Below are positions 28,100 to 36,704 of a stretch of DNA of 64,000 nucleotides, piece by piece. The translations under genes and the position numbers were made by a program. The DNA comes from Methanospirillum sp. (GTDB lineage Archaea; Halobacteriota; Methanomicrobia; Methanomicrobiales; Methanospirillaceae), in NCBI RefSeq assembly GCF_041859935.1, contig NZ_JBFLGE010000002.1; one strand, written 5' to 3'. Positions within the stretch are counted from its first letter, which is position 1. The number at the start of each line of letters is the position of its first letter. A model generated the notes under the pieces. The model was not told the DNA's origin. It searched no databases and was given only the letters and a program-made list of their open reading frames with translations.

Positions 28100-29422
28100 T
28101 TATCGTGGATAATACTGCCTGAGAAGTCTGGTCACGTTTCTGATGTCAGATCCCTGTTTTCTTGCTTCATTAAGGTAGTTCTTATACTGATCATCCTGTG
28201 TTATCCTGGGAACCGGCCTGCACATGTCTGCATGAAGCATCAGATCAAAAGCCCTTGCCTCAGCCTCGGTCAGGTGCAAACCTTTGTACTCACCGGTATG
28301 AGGAATCGAAACAAGATCTGTCTCTGGACTTTGTTTACATATCAATTCCGCAAGCGGTGTACTTGGAATGGGTTCAGCAATAGAGACAAACACATCATCA
28401 AGGCTGAGTTCCTCCATGAGATCCTTTGTTGCCTGAAAATCCTCTTCATCTTCGCCTGGATATCCGGTTATGAAACTTCCTGCAGGTCTTACTCCAAACT
28501 GCCTGCACTGGTCAATTGCATCACGGACTTTGTCAATAGGAATGCCTTTCTGCATCAGGCCGATGACTTTTTCGCTCCCTGATTCAATGCCAAAAAAAAT
28601 CCATCCTATAGTATTAGCCTGAACAGCTTCAAGGACCTCATCAGTAAGACAATCAGCACGGATATCCGGGCAGGATACATTTTTTTGTCCCATGATTGAA
28701 GAAATGCCTTCCAGCAGGCTGATAAATGCACCCGAATTAACCTCACCATCCTTTGACCGGTACAATGAACCGGTTCCTCCGATAAGTGCAATCTTTCTGA
28801 CACCTTTCTTCTGAAATGCCCTGACTTCCCTGAGGATCTCATCCAGGTCTCTGCTTCTAATCCTTCTTCCAAAAACACGTGGAACCTGGCAGAATCCACA
28901 TCTGCCAAAGCAGCCGCGATGGGTTTCAATATAGGTCTGTGCCCCTCTGATGTCCTGCGTTCCAATATCATCAGGAATCAGAGGTGGGGGAAATGAGAGA
29001 TCTTGCATCCGTTTCTGTTCTGTCTTTACGATCCTGTCATCAGCCAGGTACGCACAATTCGGGCAATTAGCATATTCCTCCCCGTTCATGATATGCCGTA
29101 CTGCTTCTTCCCCTTCACCGCAGACCACAAGATTTGGGTGCAGTTCCCCAAGCACCATCTCCGGTCCTGAAGAAACCGGGCCACCGATGATGCATTCCCC
29201 TCCTTCATGCTGTATTCTTCTGACGGTCTCTTTTATGAAAGGATCAAGCAGGTGGAGGGTACTGTATAAACTTAAAAAAACCCGTTCTCCATGCAGTTGA
29301 GAAAGGTCACGTGTAATCTTTGGATGAAATCCGGCATCCCGGATTATCCCCCCGATTCGCATGGCCCCATATGTATACAGGCCTGGAGCTCCGACCATCA
29401 CGCCCGGTTTCCGGTATTTCAT
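28100..29422 (-). CDS. Radical SAM protein with N-terminal B12-binding-like domain (class B type)
   Basis: 440 aa; CxxxCxxC motif (CFGRCGFC) around residue 170, preceded by a Rossmann-like N-terminal domain. Confidence 0.7.
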   Translation of the reverse strand: MKYRKPGVMVGAPGLYTYGAMRIGGIIRDAGFHPKITRDLSQLHGERVFLSLYSTLHLLDPFIKETVRRIQHEGGECIIGGPVSSGPEMVLGELHPNLVVCGEGEEAVRHIMNGEEYANCPNCAYLADDRIVKTEQKRMQDLSFPPPLIPDDIGTQDIRGAQTYIETHRGCFGRCGFCQVPRVFGRRIRSRDLDEILREVRAFQKKGVRKIALIGGTGSLYRSKDGEVNSGAFISLLEGISSIMGQKNVSCPDIRADCLTDEVLEAVQANTIGWIFFGIESGSEKVIGLMQKGIPIDKVRDAIDQCRQFGVRPAGSFITGYPGEDEEDFQATKDLMEELSLDDVFVSIAEPIPSTPLAELICKQSPETDLVSIPHTGEYKGLHLTEAEARAFDLMLHADMCRPVPRITQDDQYKNYLNEARKQGSDIRNVTRLLRQYYPR

Positions 29423-29505
29423 GTTATTAATTGTTTGACACTTCCATTGATAAAATCCAGTCTGATATCTCTTCCAATAATCCCATTCCTGTATGTGATA
29501 TTATT

Positions 29506-29529
29506 ACTCACACGCGAAGAAATATATTA
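29506..29529 (-). promoter_or_regulatory. Candidate promoter module (TATA + degenerate half-palindrome + TAATAAT) of the radical SAM gene
   Basis: Minus strand TAATATATTT-CT-TCGCGTGTGAGT-AATAAT; same spacing as the module at 33571-33601. Confidence 0.35.
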
Positions 29530-29593
29530 GAATAACTATGATGCCATATATATAAAGTATCAATGTCTGAAAAGGCAGTGATGAGGTAATGTT

Positions 29594-30076
29594 ATGGGAC
29601 AGACAACATTTCAAGGGGTCCCTGGAATCTTAAGGCCCTTTAAAGAATATATTGAAAAACGGTCACTTCCTACAGGTTCCGAGGTTGTTTTCTATGGTGT
29701 TCCCGGTACCTGCACACCCTTTGTGGAATTATTATGTTTTGCCATCAGGTCACTTTCCCTGACCTGCATCTTTGTACCATATACAAAAGAGGAAAAAGCT
29801 CAGAAGCTGACGATGATACCTGATGTCGGATTTCAGGCAACTGAGGCCTGCCCGCCAAAAAATCCTGCAGTCCTTGTTATCATGGGCGGACTGGCCATGC
29901 CAAATATGCCGGTCGGCGCAGATGATGTTACATCAGTGATAAACAGATGGAAAGGTTCAGGAACGATCGGTGTATGCTTCATGCACATGTTTCAAAAGGC
30001 CAAATGGCTTGAAAAAATGCAATTTGATCTCCTGATTGATGCTGACATCTCTGTTGATGTGACCACCGGACAGTAA
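29594..30076 (+). CDS. Conserved hypothetical protein (possibly the methanogen DUF2124-type family)
   Basis: 160 aa ORF with a good coding look, immediately upstream of mrp; the family assignment is from memory only. Confidence 0.45.
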   Translation: MGQTTFQGVPGILRPFKEYIEKRSLPTGSEVVFYGVPGTCTPFVELLCFAIRSLSLTCIFVPYTKEEKAQKLTMIPDVGFQATEACPPKNPAVLVIMGGLAMPNMPVGADDVTSVINRWKGSGTIGVCFMHMFQKAKWLEKMQFDLLIDADISVDVTTGQ

Positions 30077-30107
30077 AACCTGTCCATTGTTTTTTAAGGA
30101 AAATAAA

Positions 30108-30917
30108 ATGCAATCCGAACCAGGAAAAAAATTACCGGATCGGGCAAAAATTGATGTTCGTCATGTCATTCTTGTCCTCTCTGGAAAAGGCGGAGTAGGA
30201 AAATCTACAGTCTCGGTAAACATTGCAAAAGCCCTTGCAATGAAAGGAAAGCAGGTGGGGTTATTGGATCTTGATATTCATGGTCCAAATGTCCCTAAGA
30301 TGCTTGGACTGGAAGAGCACCAGCTGCTGTCGGAAAATAATAAAATCGTGCCTGTAAGGGTATCAGAAAAGCTTCAGGTTGTATCCATGGCATTTCTTCT
30401 TCCTCACCGAAATTCTCCAGTAGTCTGGAGAGGGCCAATGAAGTCAAATGCCATAAGGCAGTTTTTGGAAGATACATCATGGGAGCCACTTGACTTTCTC
30501 ATCGTGGATCTTCCTCCCGGAACAGGCGACGAAGCACTTACCATTGCCCAGGCAGCGCCAAATATTTCAGGAGCAATTATTGTCACCTCTCCTCAGTCAG
30601 TCTCAACCCTTGATTCATCAAAAGCCATTACTTTTAGCAGGGATTTAGGGATGGAGGTGCTTGGTGTTATTGAAAACATGAGCGGATATATCTGTCCCTC
30701 CTGCGGAGAAGAGGTTGATATCTTTGGAAAAGGAGGTGGAGAACAGATCGCCTCCGAGATGAATATCCCATATCTTGGCAGAATTCCTCTTGATATTGAT
30801 ATCCGTCGTTCTGGAGATGAAGGCTGGCCATTCGTCGGTAAAGTCGCAGACAGTCCTGCCTGGAAATCTATAAACGATATAATTGACAGATTACTTGCAG
30901 AGATCGAGTCTGCATAA
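30108..30917 (+). CDS. mrp: Mrp/NBP35/ApbC-family Fe-S cluster carrier ATPase
   Basis: Deviant Walker A SGKGGVGKST and CPxCG motif (CPSCGE). ATG 30108 is preferred over TTG 30087. Confidence 0.88.
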   Translation: MQSEPGKKLPDRAKIDVRHVILVLSGKGGVGKSTVSVNIAKALAMKGKQVGLLDLDIHGPNVPKMLGLEEHQLLSENNKIVPVRVSEKLQVVSMAFLLPHRNSPVVWRGPMKSNAIRQFLEDTSWEPLDFLIVDLPPGTGDEALTIAQAAPNISGAIIVTSPQSVSTLDSSKAITFSRDLGMEVLGVIENMSGYICPSCGEEVDIFGKGGGEQIASEMNIPYLGRIPLDIDIRRSGDEGWPFVGKVADSPAWKSINDIIDRLLAEIESA

Positions 30918-31024
30918 TTTTTTTGCGGGGAATGTGGCCTATTTCTCATGCCATCCCTTCTGGTCATGCAGGCTCCTTGTATGAGTTTTTCATGAAATCT
31001 TATCTGCCAATAAATACAGGGAAG

Positions 31025-31049
31025 ATTTATTGCACATATGTGTAATAAT
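31025..31049 (+). promoter_or_regulatory. Promoter module: TATA-like ATTTATT, palindrome CACATATGTG, TAATAAT
   Basis: Seen directly. The ATG of the NifX-like gene lies 27 nt after the TATA end, implying a leaderless or near-leaderless mRNA. Confidence 0.55.
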
Positions 31050-31057
31050 TATCTGGT

Positions 31058-31390
31058 ATGATTGTATGTATACCTTCACGGGGATCAACAACAGATTCCC
31101 AGATGGATGATCGGTTTGGCCGTGCGCCGTATTTCGCTTTTTTTGACACTGAAACAAACTCTGCCAGGGTTGAGCAGAATCCTCATGCAGGTGGATCCGG
31201 GGGCGTAGGTCCTATGGCTGTTCAGTTCCTTATAAAAAACGGTGTTCATGTTCTCATTGCACCTCGTCTTGGTGGAAATGCTGATGAAGCTCTGAAAGCA
31301 TCAGGAATTAAAGTCATCATGCAAAATCCTGACGTTACTGTTCAGTCAGCATATAATGCATGGAAAGAGAACCCAGAGAACACTTCATGA
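31058..31390 (+). CDS. NifX/NifB-C-terminal-like (dinitrogenase FeMo-cofactor-binding fold) protein
   Basis: 110 aa; DDRFGRAPYFAFFD and GGNADEALKASGIKV motifs typical of this family. Confidence 0.8.
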   Translation: MIVCIPSRGSTTDSQMDDRFGRAPYFAFFDTETNSARVEQNPHAGGSGGVGPMAVQFLIKNGVHVLIAPRLGGNADEALKASGIKVIMQNPDVTVQSAYNAWKENPENTS

Positions 31391-31415
31391 GCATGAGTAA
31401 TCTGCGAAGAGTATC

Positions 31416-32267
31416 ATGCAGATTGTAATTGCCAGTGGAAAAGGCGGGACCGGAAAAACCACGGTCTCTTCAAACCTTGGGTACGTTCTGTCCCAGGAAC
31501 GAAAAGTTACTCTTGCTGACTGTGATGTTGAAGAACCCAATCTTGGAATTTTTTTCCCATGTGATCCTGATATACAGGACGTCCATGTGATTATTCCAGC
31601 CATAAATGAAAGTCAGTGCATGCATTGCGGGGCATGTGGTGAATTCTGCAGATTTGGTGCATTGACTGTGCTCAAGGATCGGATTCTGTTTTTCCCCCAG
31701 CTCTGTCACTCCTGTGGAGGATGTTTTCGTGTATGTCCTCATGATGCACTGGAGGAAAATCCCACATATGTTGGTGAAGTGCAGACCTGCCAACTATCAG
31801 ACTCACTCAGGCTGGTCACAGGAAGACTAAAAGAGGGTGATGTGAGAACAACTGCGGTTATTCGAAAGGTCCGTGAGATGATCGGGGATGAACCGCTGGT
31901 ATTACTGGATTCTCCACCTGGAACTGCCTGCCCGTTTATTGAAACGGTTGATGATGCAACATTATGCGTGCTTGTGACAGAGCCCACACCTTTCGGACTT
32001 CACGATCTCTCTGTGGCGATAAATGTACTAAAAGTGCTTGATATACCCTCTGCAGTTGTGATAAACCGGAGTGAAGGATGTGATGAACTTATCGAAGAGT
32101 ATTGTTCCAGCAATAACCTTCCGGTTTTGATGAAAATTCCTCTGGATTTCCCCCTGCTGACAGCCCAGAATAACGGAGAACTGATATCCCGTAATGATCC
32201 TGCCTGGTTTGAACGGTTCAAAGAACTTGGTGATAAAATTCTTGAATATGCAGGAGGGGTTTCATGA
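31416..32267 (+). CDS. MinD/ParA-superfamily P-loop ATPase with 2x[4Fe-4S] ferredoxin insert
   Basis: 283 aa; SGKGGTGKTT P-loop; CMHCGACGEFC and CHSCGGCFRVCP motifs. Confidence 0.85.
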   Translation: MQIVIASGKGGTGKTTVSSNLGYVLSQERKVTLADCDVEEPNLGIFFPCDPDIQDVHVIIPAINESQCMHCGACGEFCRFGALTVLKDRILFFPQLCHSCGGCFRVCPHDALEENPTYVGEVQTCQLSDSLRLVTGRLKEGDVRTTAVIRKVREMIGDEPLVLLDSPPGTACPFIETVDDATLCVLVTEPTPFGLHDLSVAINVLKVLDIPSAVVINRSEGCDELIEEYCSSNNLPVLMKIPLDFPLLTAQNNGELISRNDPAWFERFKELGDKILEYAGGVS

Positions 32268-33133
32268 TTCAGGTTGCTGTCGTCAGTGGAAAAGGGGGCA
32301 CTGGAAAGACTGTGCTGACTGCTTCTCTTGCAAGCCTTCTTCCCGAAGATAAAGTCCTCATCGATGCAGATGTTGATGCTGCAAACCTTTCCCTGCTTTT
32401 AAATCCGACTGACCGTGAAAGCCAGGAGTTCAGGGGAATGGATGGGGCTGTAATTGCAGATGACCTGTGTACTGGATGTGGTATCTGTGCAGAAGCATGT
32501 GTTTTTGATGCTATACAAAAGGTTGGAGATATCTATGAGGTAGTCCCCTACCGGTGTGAGGGATGTGGAACCTGCACTATTGTCTGCCCGGAAGATGCTG
32601 TAAGCATGAAGTCCCGTATCACCGGGATGATTCACTATGCAGATACTTATGCAGGACCTCTCTTTTATGGTTCACTTACTCCTGGTGCTGGAAATTCAGG
32701 GTTACTTGTCCATAAACTAAGACAGGAGGCAGGGCTGCGGCATCCTGATGTATCACTTGTTCTGATTGACGGGCCTCCCGGGATAGGCTGTCCTCTCATT
32801 TCCGCGATAACCGGAATCCAGGTAGCAATCCTTGTTACAGAACCAAGTAAATCGGCCCATTCTGATCTTCTCAGACTTATCACTCTCTGTCGGTCATTCC
32901 GTGTCAGGATGTTTCTGGTAATAAACAGGTCAGATGTTAACCAGGATATTACCAATGACATTATCCAGGTTGCGGCAGAAAACAGCATACAGGTTCTTGG
33001 CACCATTCCATATGATCGCACCGTTCTGAATGCAACAAGGCAGGGTATTCCGGTTACCCGTTTGACCGGGCCTGCATCGGAAGCGATACATCAGATAGCA
33101 CTAAACCTGTCAAAAGAGATAGATGCATCATGA
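32264..33133 (+). CDS. MinD/ParA-superfamily P-loop ATPase with ferredoxin insert (second copy)
   Basis: 289 aa; SGKGGTGKTV; CTGCGICAEAC and CEGCGTCTIVCP motifs; 4-nt overlap with the previous gene. Confidence 0.85.
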   Translation: MIQVAVVSGKGGTGKTVLTASLASLLPEDKVLIDADVDAANLSLLLNPTDRESQEFRGMDGAVIADDLCTGCGICAEACVFDAIQKVGDIYEVVPYRCEGCGTCTIVCPEDAVSMKSRITGMIHYADTYAGPLFYGSLTPGAGNSGLLVHKLRQEAGLRHPDVSLVLIDGPPGIGCPLISAITGIQVAILVTEPSKSAHSDLLRLITLCRSFRVRMFLVINRSDVNQDITNDIIQVAAENSIQVLGTIPYDRTVLNATRQGIPVTRLTGPASEAIHQIALNLSKEIDAS

Positions 33134-33483
33134 TGCCGGCTGATGGTGATAACATGCCTCAAAGAAGGCGTGGCAGGCCGAGAATCAGAAGGCGGCTCTC
33201 TGAAAATGGTTTATTTCGTTGTTATGGACCAAGGTGCAGGATACCAGTTGAATTAGAGGCTGTCATCCTGCTTCCGGAAGAGATAGAAGTAATCAGGCTT
33301 ATTGATCTTGAAGGTTTAGAACAGGAAGAGGCAGCTACCTTTCTTGGTGTGTCACGAAGAACGGTCTGGAAAGATCTTCATGATGCCAGACGGAAAATTG
33401 CCGATGCCCTTGTTAATGGCAAAATTATTAATATAGCCGGCTGTGTACGGGAAGGTGGCAATGAATGTCCCAAAAACGATTAA
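33130..33483 (+). CDS. DUF134 (UPF0251) putative DNA-binding protein
   Basis: 117 aa; basic N-terminus RRRGRPRIRRR; sigma-70 region-4-like HTH (EEAATFLGVSRRTVWKDL). An alternative start is at 33154. Confidence 0.8.
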   Translation: MMPADGDNMPQRRRGRPRIRRRLSENGLFRCYGPRCRIPVELEAVILLPEEIEVIRLIDLEGLEQEEAATFLGVSRRTVWKDLHDARRKIADALVNGKIINIAGCVREGGNECPKND

Positions 33484-33570
33484 TTGCTCCCCCCATTCCC
33501 ATAGACCTTTTTTTGCCCGGGAAATACCTGGAGTTCTCTCATGACTGAAACCACGACTGCATAGATAGAT

Positions 33571-33601
33571 TTTTTATATTTTGACTCATATGAGTAATAA
33601 T
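33571..33601 (+). promoter_or_regulatory. Promoter module: TATA TTTTTATATTTT, palindrome ACTCATATGAGT, AATAAT
   Basis: Seen directly. The 17-mer ACTCATATGAGTAATAA recurs on the minus strand at 35900-35916. Confidence 0.6.
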
Positions 33602-33607
33602 GGTGCA

Positions 33608-33853
33608 ATGCACCAGGAGGTGACAAAAATACCTGATATGGATGGTACCGGCCCCAGATGGCTTGGAGAAAGAAGATTCTCGCGCAGGGGCAGGTGGTAT
33701 TCTGATGGCCGTCCAAGTGATATGCCTGTTCTTTCTATGTCAGATGTTCAGCAAAGTACTCAGTCGTCAAAAGGATCGGTATATGGAATTGGCCGTGGCG
33801 GGCTCCCCAGGGGAGGCTCACGGAAAATGCGTATAAGGCGGAATATTAAATAA
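33608..33853 (+). CDS. Small Gly/Arg-rich protein, divergent DUF5320-like
   Basis: DGTGPRW..RRG..GRGG pattern resembles the DUF5320 N-terminus. The start was chosen at ATG 33608, about 25 nt after the TATA; the TTG 33581 of the ORF track lies inside the promoter module. Confidence 0.4.
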   Translation: MHQEVTKIPDMDGTGPRWLGERRFSRRGRWYSDGRPSDMPVLSMSDVQQSTQSSKGSVYGIGRGGLPRGGSRKMRIRRNIK

Positions 33854-33957
33854 TACCCGGATTTTCGCAAAAATTATAAAAATCCTGGTAGATAATGAAG
33901 TTCATTCAAAGTGTAGGTTTTAGAATATTTCCTGTTCCTTTGCGATTATTCTAAATC

Positions 33958-33976
33958 CTTATAAATGCATAATAAT
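33958..33976 (+). promoter_or_regulatory. Candidate promoter: TATA CTTATAAAT + GCA + TAATAAT (no palindrome)
   Basis: Seen directly; ATG 33995 lies 29 nt after the TATA end. Confidence 0.4.
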
Positions 33977-33994
33977 TCATTCAGGTCATTATTC

Positions 33995-34348
33995 ATGAAA
34001 ATTGCAATTGCATGTGATGGAAAAGACGTATCGGCACATTTCGGACATTGTGAAGGATATGCAATATATGATGCTACAAATTCAGTAATTGCATATTCAG
34101 AAACTCTGCAAAGTCCTGGGCATGAGCCAGGTCGTCTCCCGGTATTTTTAGCTGAACATGGAATAAATCTTATTATTGCCGGAGGAATGGGTGCACGGGC
34201 TGTTCAGATCTTCAATGACAATAACATTGAGGTAATTCTTGGTGTGAAAGGCCCGGTTGATTCAGCAGCCCAGGATTTTATTGCAGGTAAACTAAAATCG
34301 ACTGGTAGTGTCTGTACTCATCATGATCACGAATGTGCCGGGCATTAA
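33995..34348 (+). CDS. NifX/NifB-C-terminal-like protein (second copy)
   Basis: MKIAIACDGKDVSAHFGHCEGYAIYD and GGMGARAVQIF motifs. ATG 33995 is preferred because ATG 33965 lies within the TATA box. Confidence 0.8.
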   Translation: MKIAIACDGKDVSAHFGHCEGYAIYDATNSVIAYSETLQSPGHEPGRLPVFLAEHGINLIIAGGMGARAVQIFNDNNIEVILGVKGPVDSAAQDFIAGKLKSTGSVCTHHDHECAGH

Positions 34349-34534
34349 TCCGTTCTTGTTAGTCATAGATTGATTGTAGAATAGTTTTAAAAGGAATGTC
34401 AGCATTGACATGCTATAAATGAATCCCCTGTAAGTTAACCGGAAAAAATCTGGCAGAATTGGATTTTCAGCCAATTCCGGTTTTTACTGATGAGGATTGT
34501 ATTGTTTATATTACCTAAATCCTGTTTTTGAAAT

Positions 34535-35479
34535 CTATCTTTTATCCGCAGCAATCCAGTAAAAAATTCCCCGCTCACCACTTTTAGCCTTTACAATCCC
34601 CTGCTGAACCATCAGGGCCAGTTTTTTCCTGACCTCTGGCGCACTAATACCTGTCATCTGTGCGATATCTTCCGCAGTGCAGGGACGGCGGCGAAGTGTT
34701 TCATCTATCTGTGTTGTACTCTTATCCTGGCTGATAAAAGGGATCATTTTATCAAAACCGATGATTTCTACTGGAATTCCTCCTTCAGCAAAATATTTCT
34801 GGATTTTACCTGATAACATTGGTTCAGGAGGAGATACCCATGATTCAGTCCCTGGCCGGTCAAGATAATTAAGCTGGATAAGGTCGGGTCTGATGCTGTA
34901 TATAGCATTCCGAAGCATCTTAAGTTCATTTTCTAAGGTGTTTAATCCTGGAACCAGGAATACCTCAAGCCAGATCTGTCCTTTATATTCATTCCTCAGG
35001 GACCGGATACCCTGGATGATATCTGTTACCAGCAAACCTGGAACCGGGCGATGTATCTTCTCAAATATCTCCTGCGTGGTTGTGGTTAGTGTCGGACTCA
35101 CAAGATCTGCAGAAATAAGATCCTGCCTTATGTCCGGGTCAGTGCAGAGGCTTCCATTTGTAAGAACCGCTACCTTGTATTGTCCATAGTTTTTTTTCAG
35201 GTGGGCAAGGACAGGGCCGAGTGAGAGAGAAAGAGTGGGTTCACCAGAACCTGCAAATGTGATATAATCAAGTTTCGGAGAAGAGGCAAGGACATTATCC
35301 AACTGGTTCAGGATATTTCCGGTTGGAAAAAATTCTTTTCTTATGGATGTCAGGTCTGTTGTTTTGCCGCATTCGCAATAGACACAGTTATATGAACACG
35401 TTTTGTAAGGAATTAAATCAATTCCAAGGGATCGGCCAAGTCGTCTTGAGATGACCGGTCCGAAAATATGGTGGTTCAT
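34535..35479 (-). CDS. Radical SAM protein with C-terminal winged-helix-like domain
   Basis: 314 aa; CSYNCVYC CxxxCxxC motif near the N-terminus; C-terminal AEDIAQMTGISAPEVRKKLALMVQQGIV HTH-like segment. Confidence 0.75.
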   Translation of the reverse strand: MNHHIFGPVISRRLGRSLGIDLIPYKTCSYNCVYCECGKTTDLTSIRKEFFPTGNILNQLDNVLASSPKLDYITFAGSGEPTLSLSLGPVLAHLKKNYGQYKVAVLTNGSLCTDPDIRQDLISADLVSPTLTTTTQEIFEKIHRPVPGLLVTDIIQGIRSLRNEYKGQIWLEVFLVPGLNTLENELKMLRNAIYSIRPDLIQLNYLDRPGTESWVSPPEPMLSGKIQKYFAEGGIPVEIIGFDKMIPFISQDKSTTQIDETLRRRPCTAEDIAQMTGISAPEVRKKLALMVQQGIVKAKSGERGIFYWIAADKR

Positions 35480-35588
35480 AACTTTAATTGTTAATTGAAT
35501 ATATCATATTTCTAAATAATAGGTTTCCTTGAAAAAAGTGTTTGTTTGTGTTTTTAGGTAAAATAAGAGTTTTCTTTGGTAAAATGAT

Positions 35589-35867
35589 TTACCAGAAGCA
35601 TCGTCCTCGTCTTCCACCACGTCCTCCGCATCCAAATCCTCTTCCCTGGCCATAAGGCATTCTACCACGTCCTGCACCGTACATTGGTGCCTGACCCTGA
35701 ACAGGTGGCTGGTATACTGGAATGGTTTCGTTGGTTACTTCAGTCCGGACTTCTTCGGAAGATGTGACTGGTTGCCGTGCAGGCTGGTACCCGGTGCGGC
35801 AGTATCCAAATCCTCTTCCTGTCATAGGGCCCCGTCCAAAGGGCCCGGTTCTATCAAATCCTGGCAT
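35589..35867 (-). CDS. DUF5320-family Gly/Arg-rich small protein
   Basis: 92 aa; MPGFDRTGPFGRGPMTGRGFGYC N-terminus is the family signature; GRG-rich tail. Confidence 0.7.
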   Translation of the reverse strand: MPGFDRTGPFGRGPMTGRGFGYCRTGYQPARQPVTSSEEVRTEVTNETIPVYQPPVQGQAPMYGAGRGRMPYGQGRGFGCGGRGGRRGRCFW

Positions 35868-35898
35868 TAATTATATTCCTGGCACGAGCCTTCGTACC

Positions 35899-35929
35899 CT
35901 TATTACTCATATGAGTATAAATATATAAA
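35899..35929 (-). promoter_or_regulatory. Promoter module: TATA TTTATATATTTAT, palindrome ACTCATATGAGT, AATAAG
   Basis: Seen directly on the minus strand, about 38 nt upstream of the DUF5320 ATG. Confidence 0.6.
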
Positions 35930-35970
35930 GGTATCTTATGTGATCTCATTGCTGCTAACTACATGTTGAT

Positions 35971-36693
35971 TTATACTCCGGTAATGATCGGAGAAATATA
36001 TGCTGAAAATGTCACAGGGCTTTGAACCATATTTCTCTGGTTAATCTCTTCAAGTAACCGGTAAATCTCTTCCAGCTTGTCAGGCTGCGATATCCTTTCA
36101 TTTTCATACCTGGCAACTGCTGTTTCAAGGGCTCCTTTTGCTTCGGGGAATCGGTTCAAATTAAAAAGGACTCTTCCTTTTCCTGCATAAAAAGCCCAGC
36201 TGGACGATGTCTCTTTTGCAAATGAGATGGATTTCATATAGGCATCAAGAGCAGACAGGTACTTTTTCTGAGTTTCCAGAACAATTCCAAGTCCGTACCA
36301 TGCATCTGATGATTCAGGTTTAAGCTCGATTGCAGCCTGGAATGCTTTGTATGCAGCATGGTAATTTCCCCCTTCAAAGGCAGCAAATCCATTTGCAAGA
36401 TTATTTTCAAAATCTTCTGAAGGAATTACAGGTGTCGGGGTTGGAGTGACTCCACGGTCAAGAACAGTGCTCATGAGATTTTGATCTATCTGGGCAAGTA
36501 ACCATTCCGGTGCGGAAAAGAGAGAACCATGAGACCACCCGCCTTCATAAGGGATCATTCCTGATGGAACAAGTTCAGGATCAAATGCATAACCATTGTA
36601 AAAAATTTTTTCTGCGGTGTCAGCAACTGTAGGCGTTCCAGGAATAATTACAATTATTGCAAGGATGCAGAGCAATGATGTTAGACGAGACAT
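35971..36693 (-). CDS. Secreted/anchored TPR-repeat protein
   Basis: 240 aa; signal-like N-terminus LLCILAIIVIIPG; TPR-like repeats (YHAAYKAFQAAIELKPESSDAWYGLG..). Confidence 0.6.
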   Translation of the reverse strand: MSRLTSLLCILAIIVIIPGTPTVADTAEKIFYNGYAFDPELVPSGMIPYEGGWSHGSLFSAPEWLLAQIDQNLMSTVLDRGVTPTPTPVIPSEDFENNLANGFAAFEGGNYHAAYKAFQAAIELKPESSDAWYGLGIVLETQKKYLSALDAYMKSISFAKETSSSWAFYAGKGRVLFNLNRFPEAKGALETAVARYENERISQPDKLEEIYRLLEEINQRNMVQSPVTFSAYISPIITGV

Positions 36694-36704
36694 AGTTAAT
36701 TGAT

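Noticed and set aside
31058-34348. Interpreting the NifX-like genes as evidence for nitrogen fixation
   Set aside because: No nifH/D/K/E/N/B genes are present in the window. This small NifX/NifB-C-terminal fold is widespread in non-diazotrophic anaerobes, so only a generic cluster- or cofactor-binding role is supportable.
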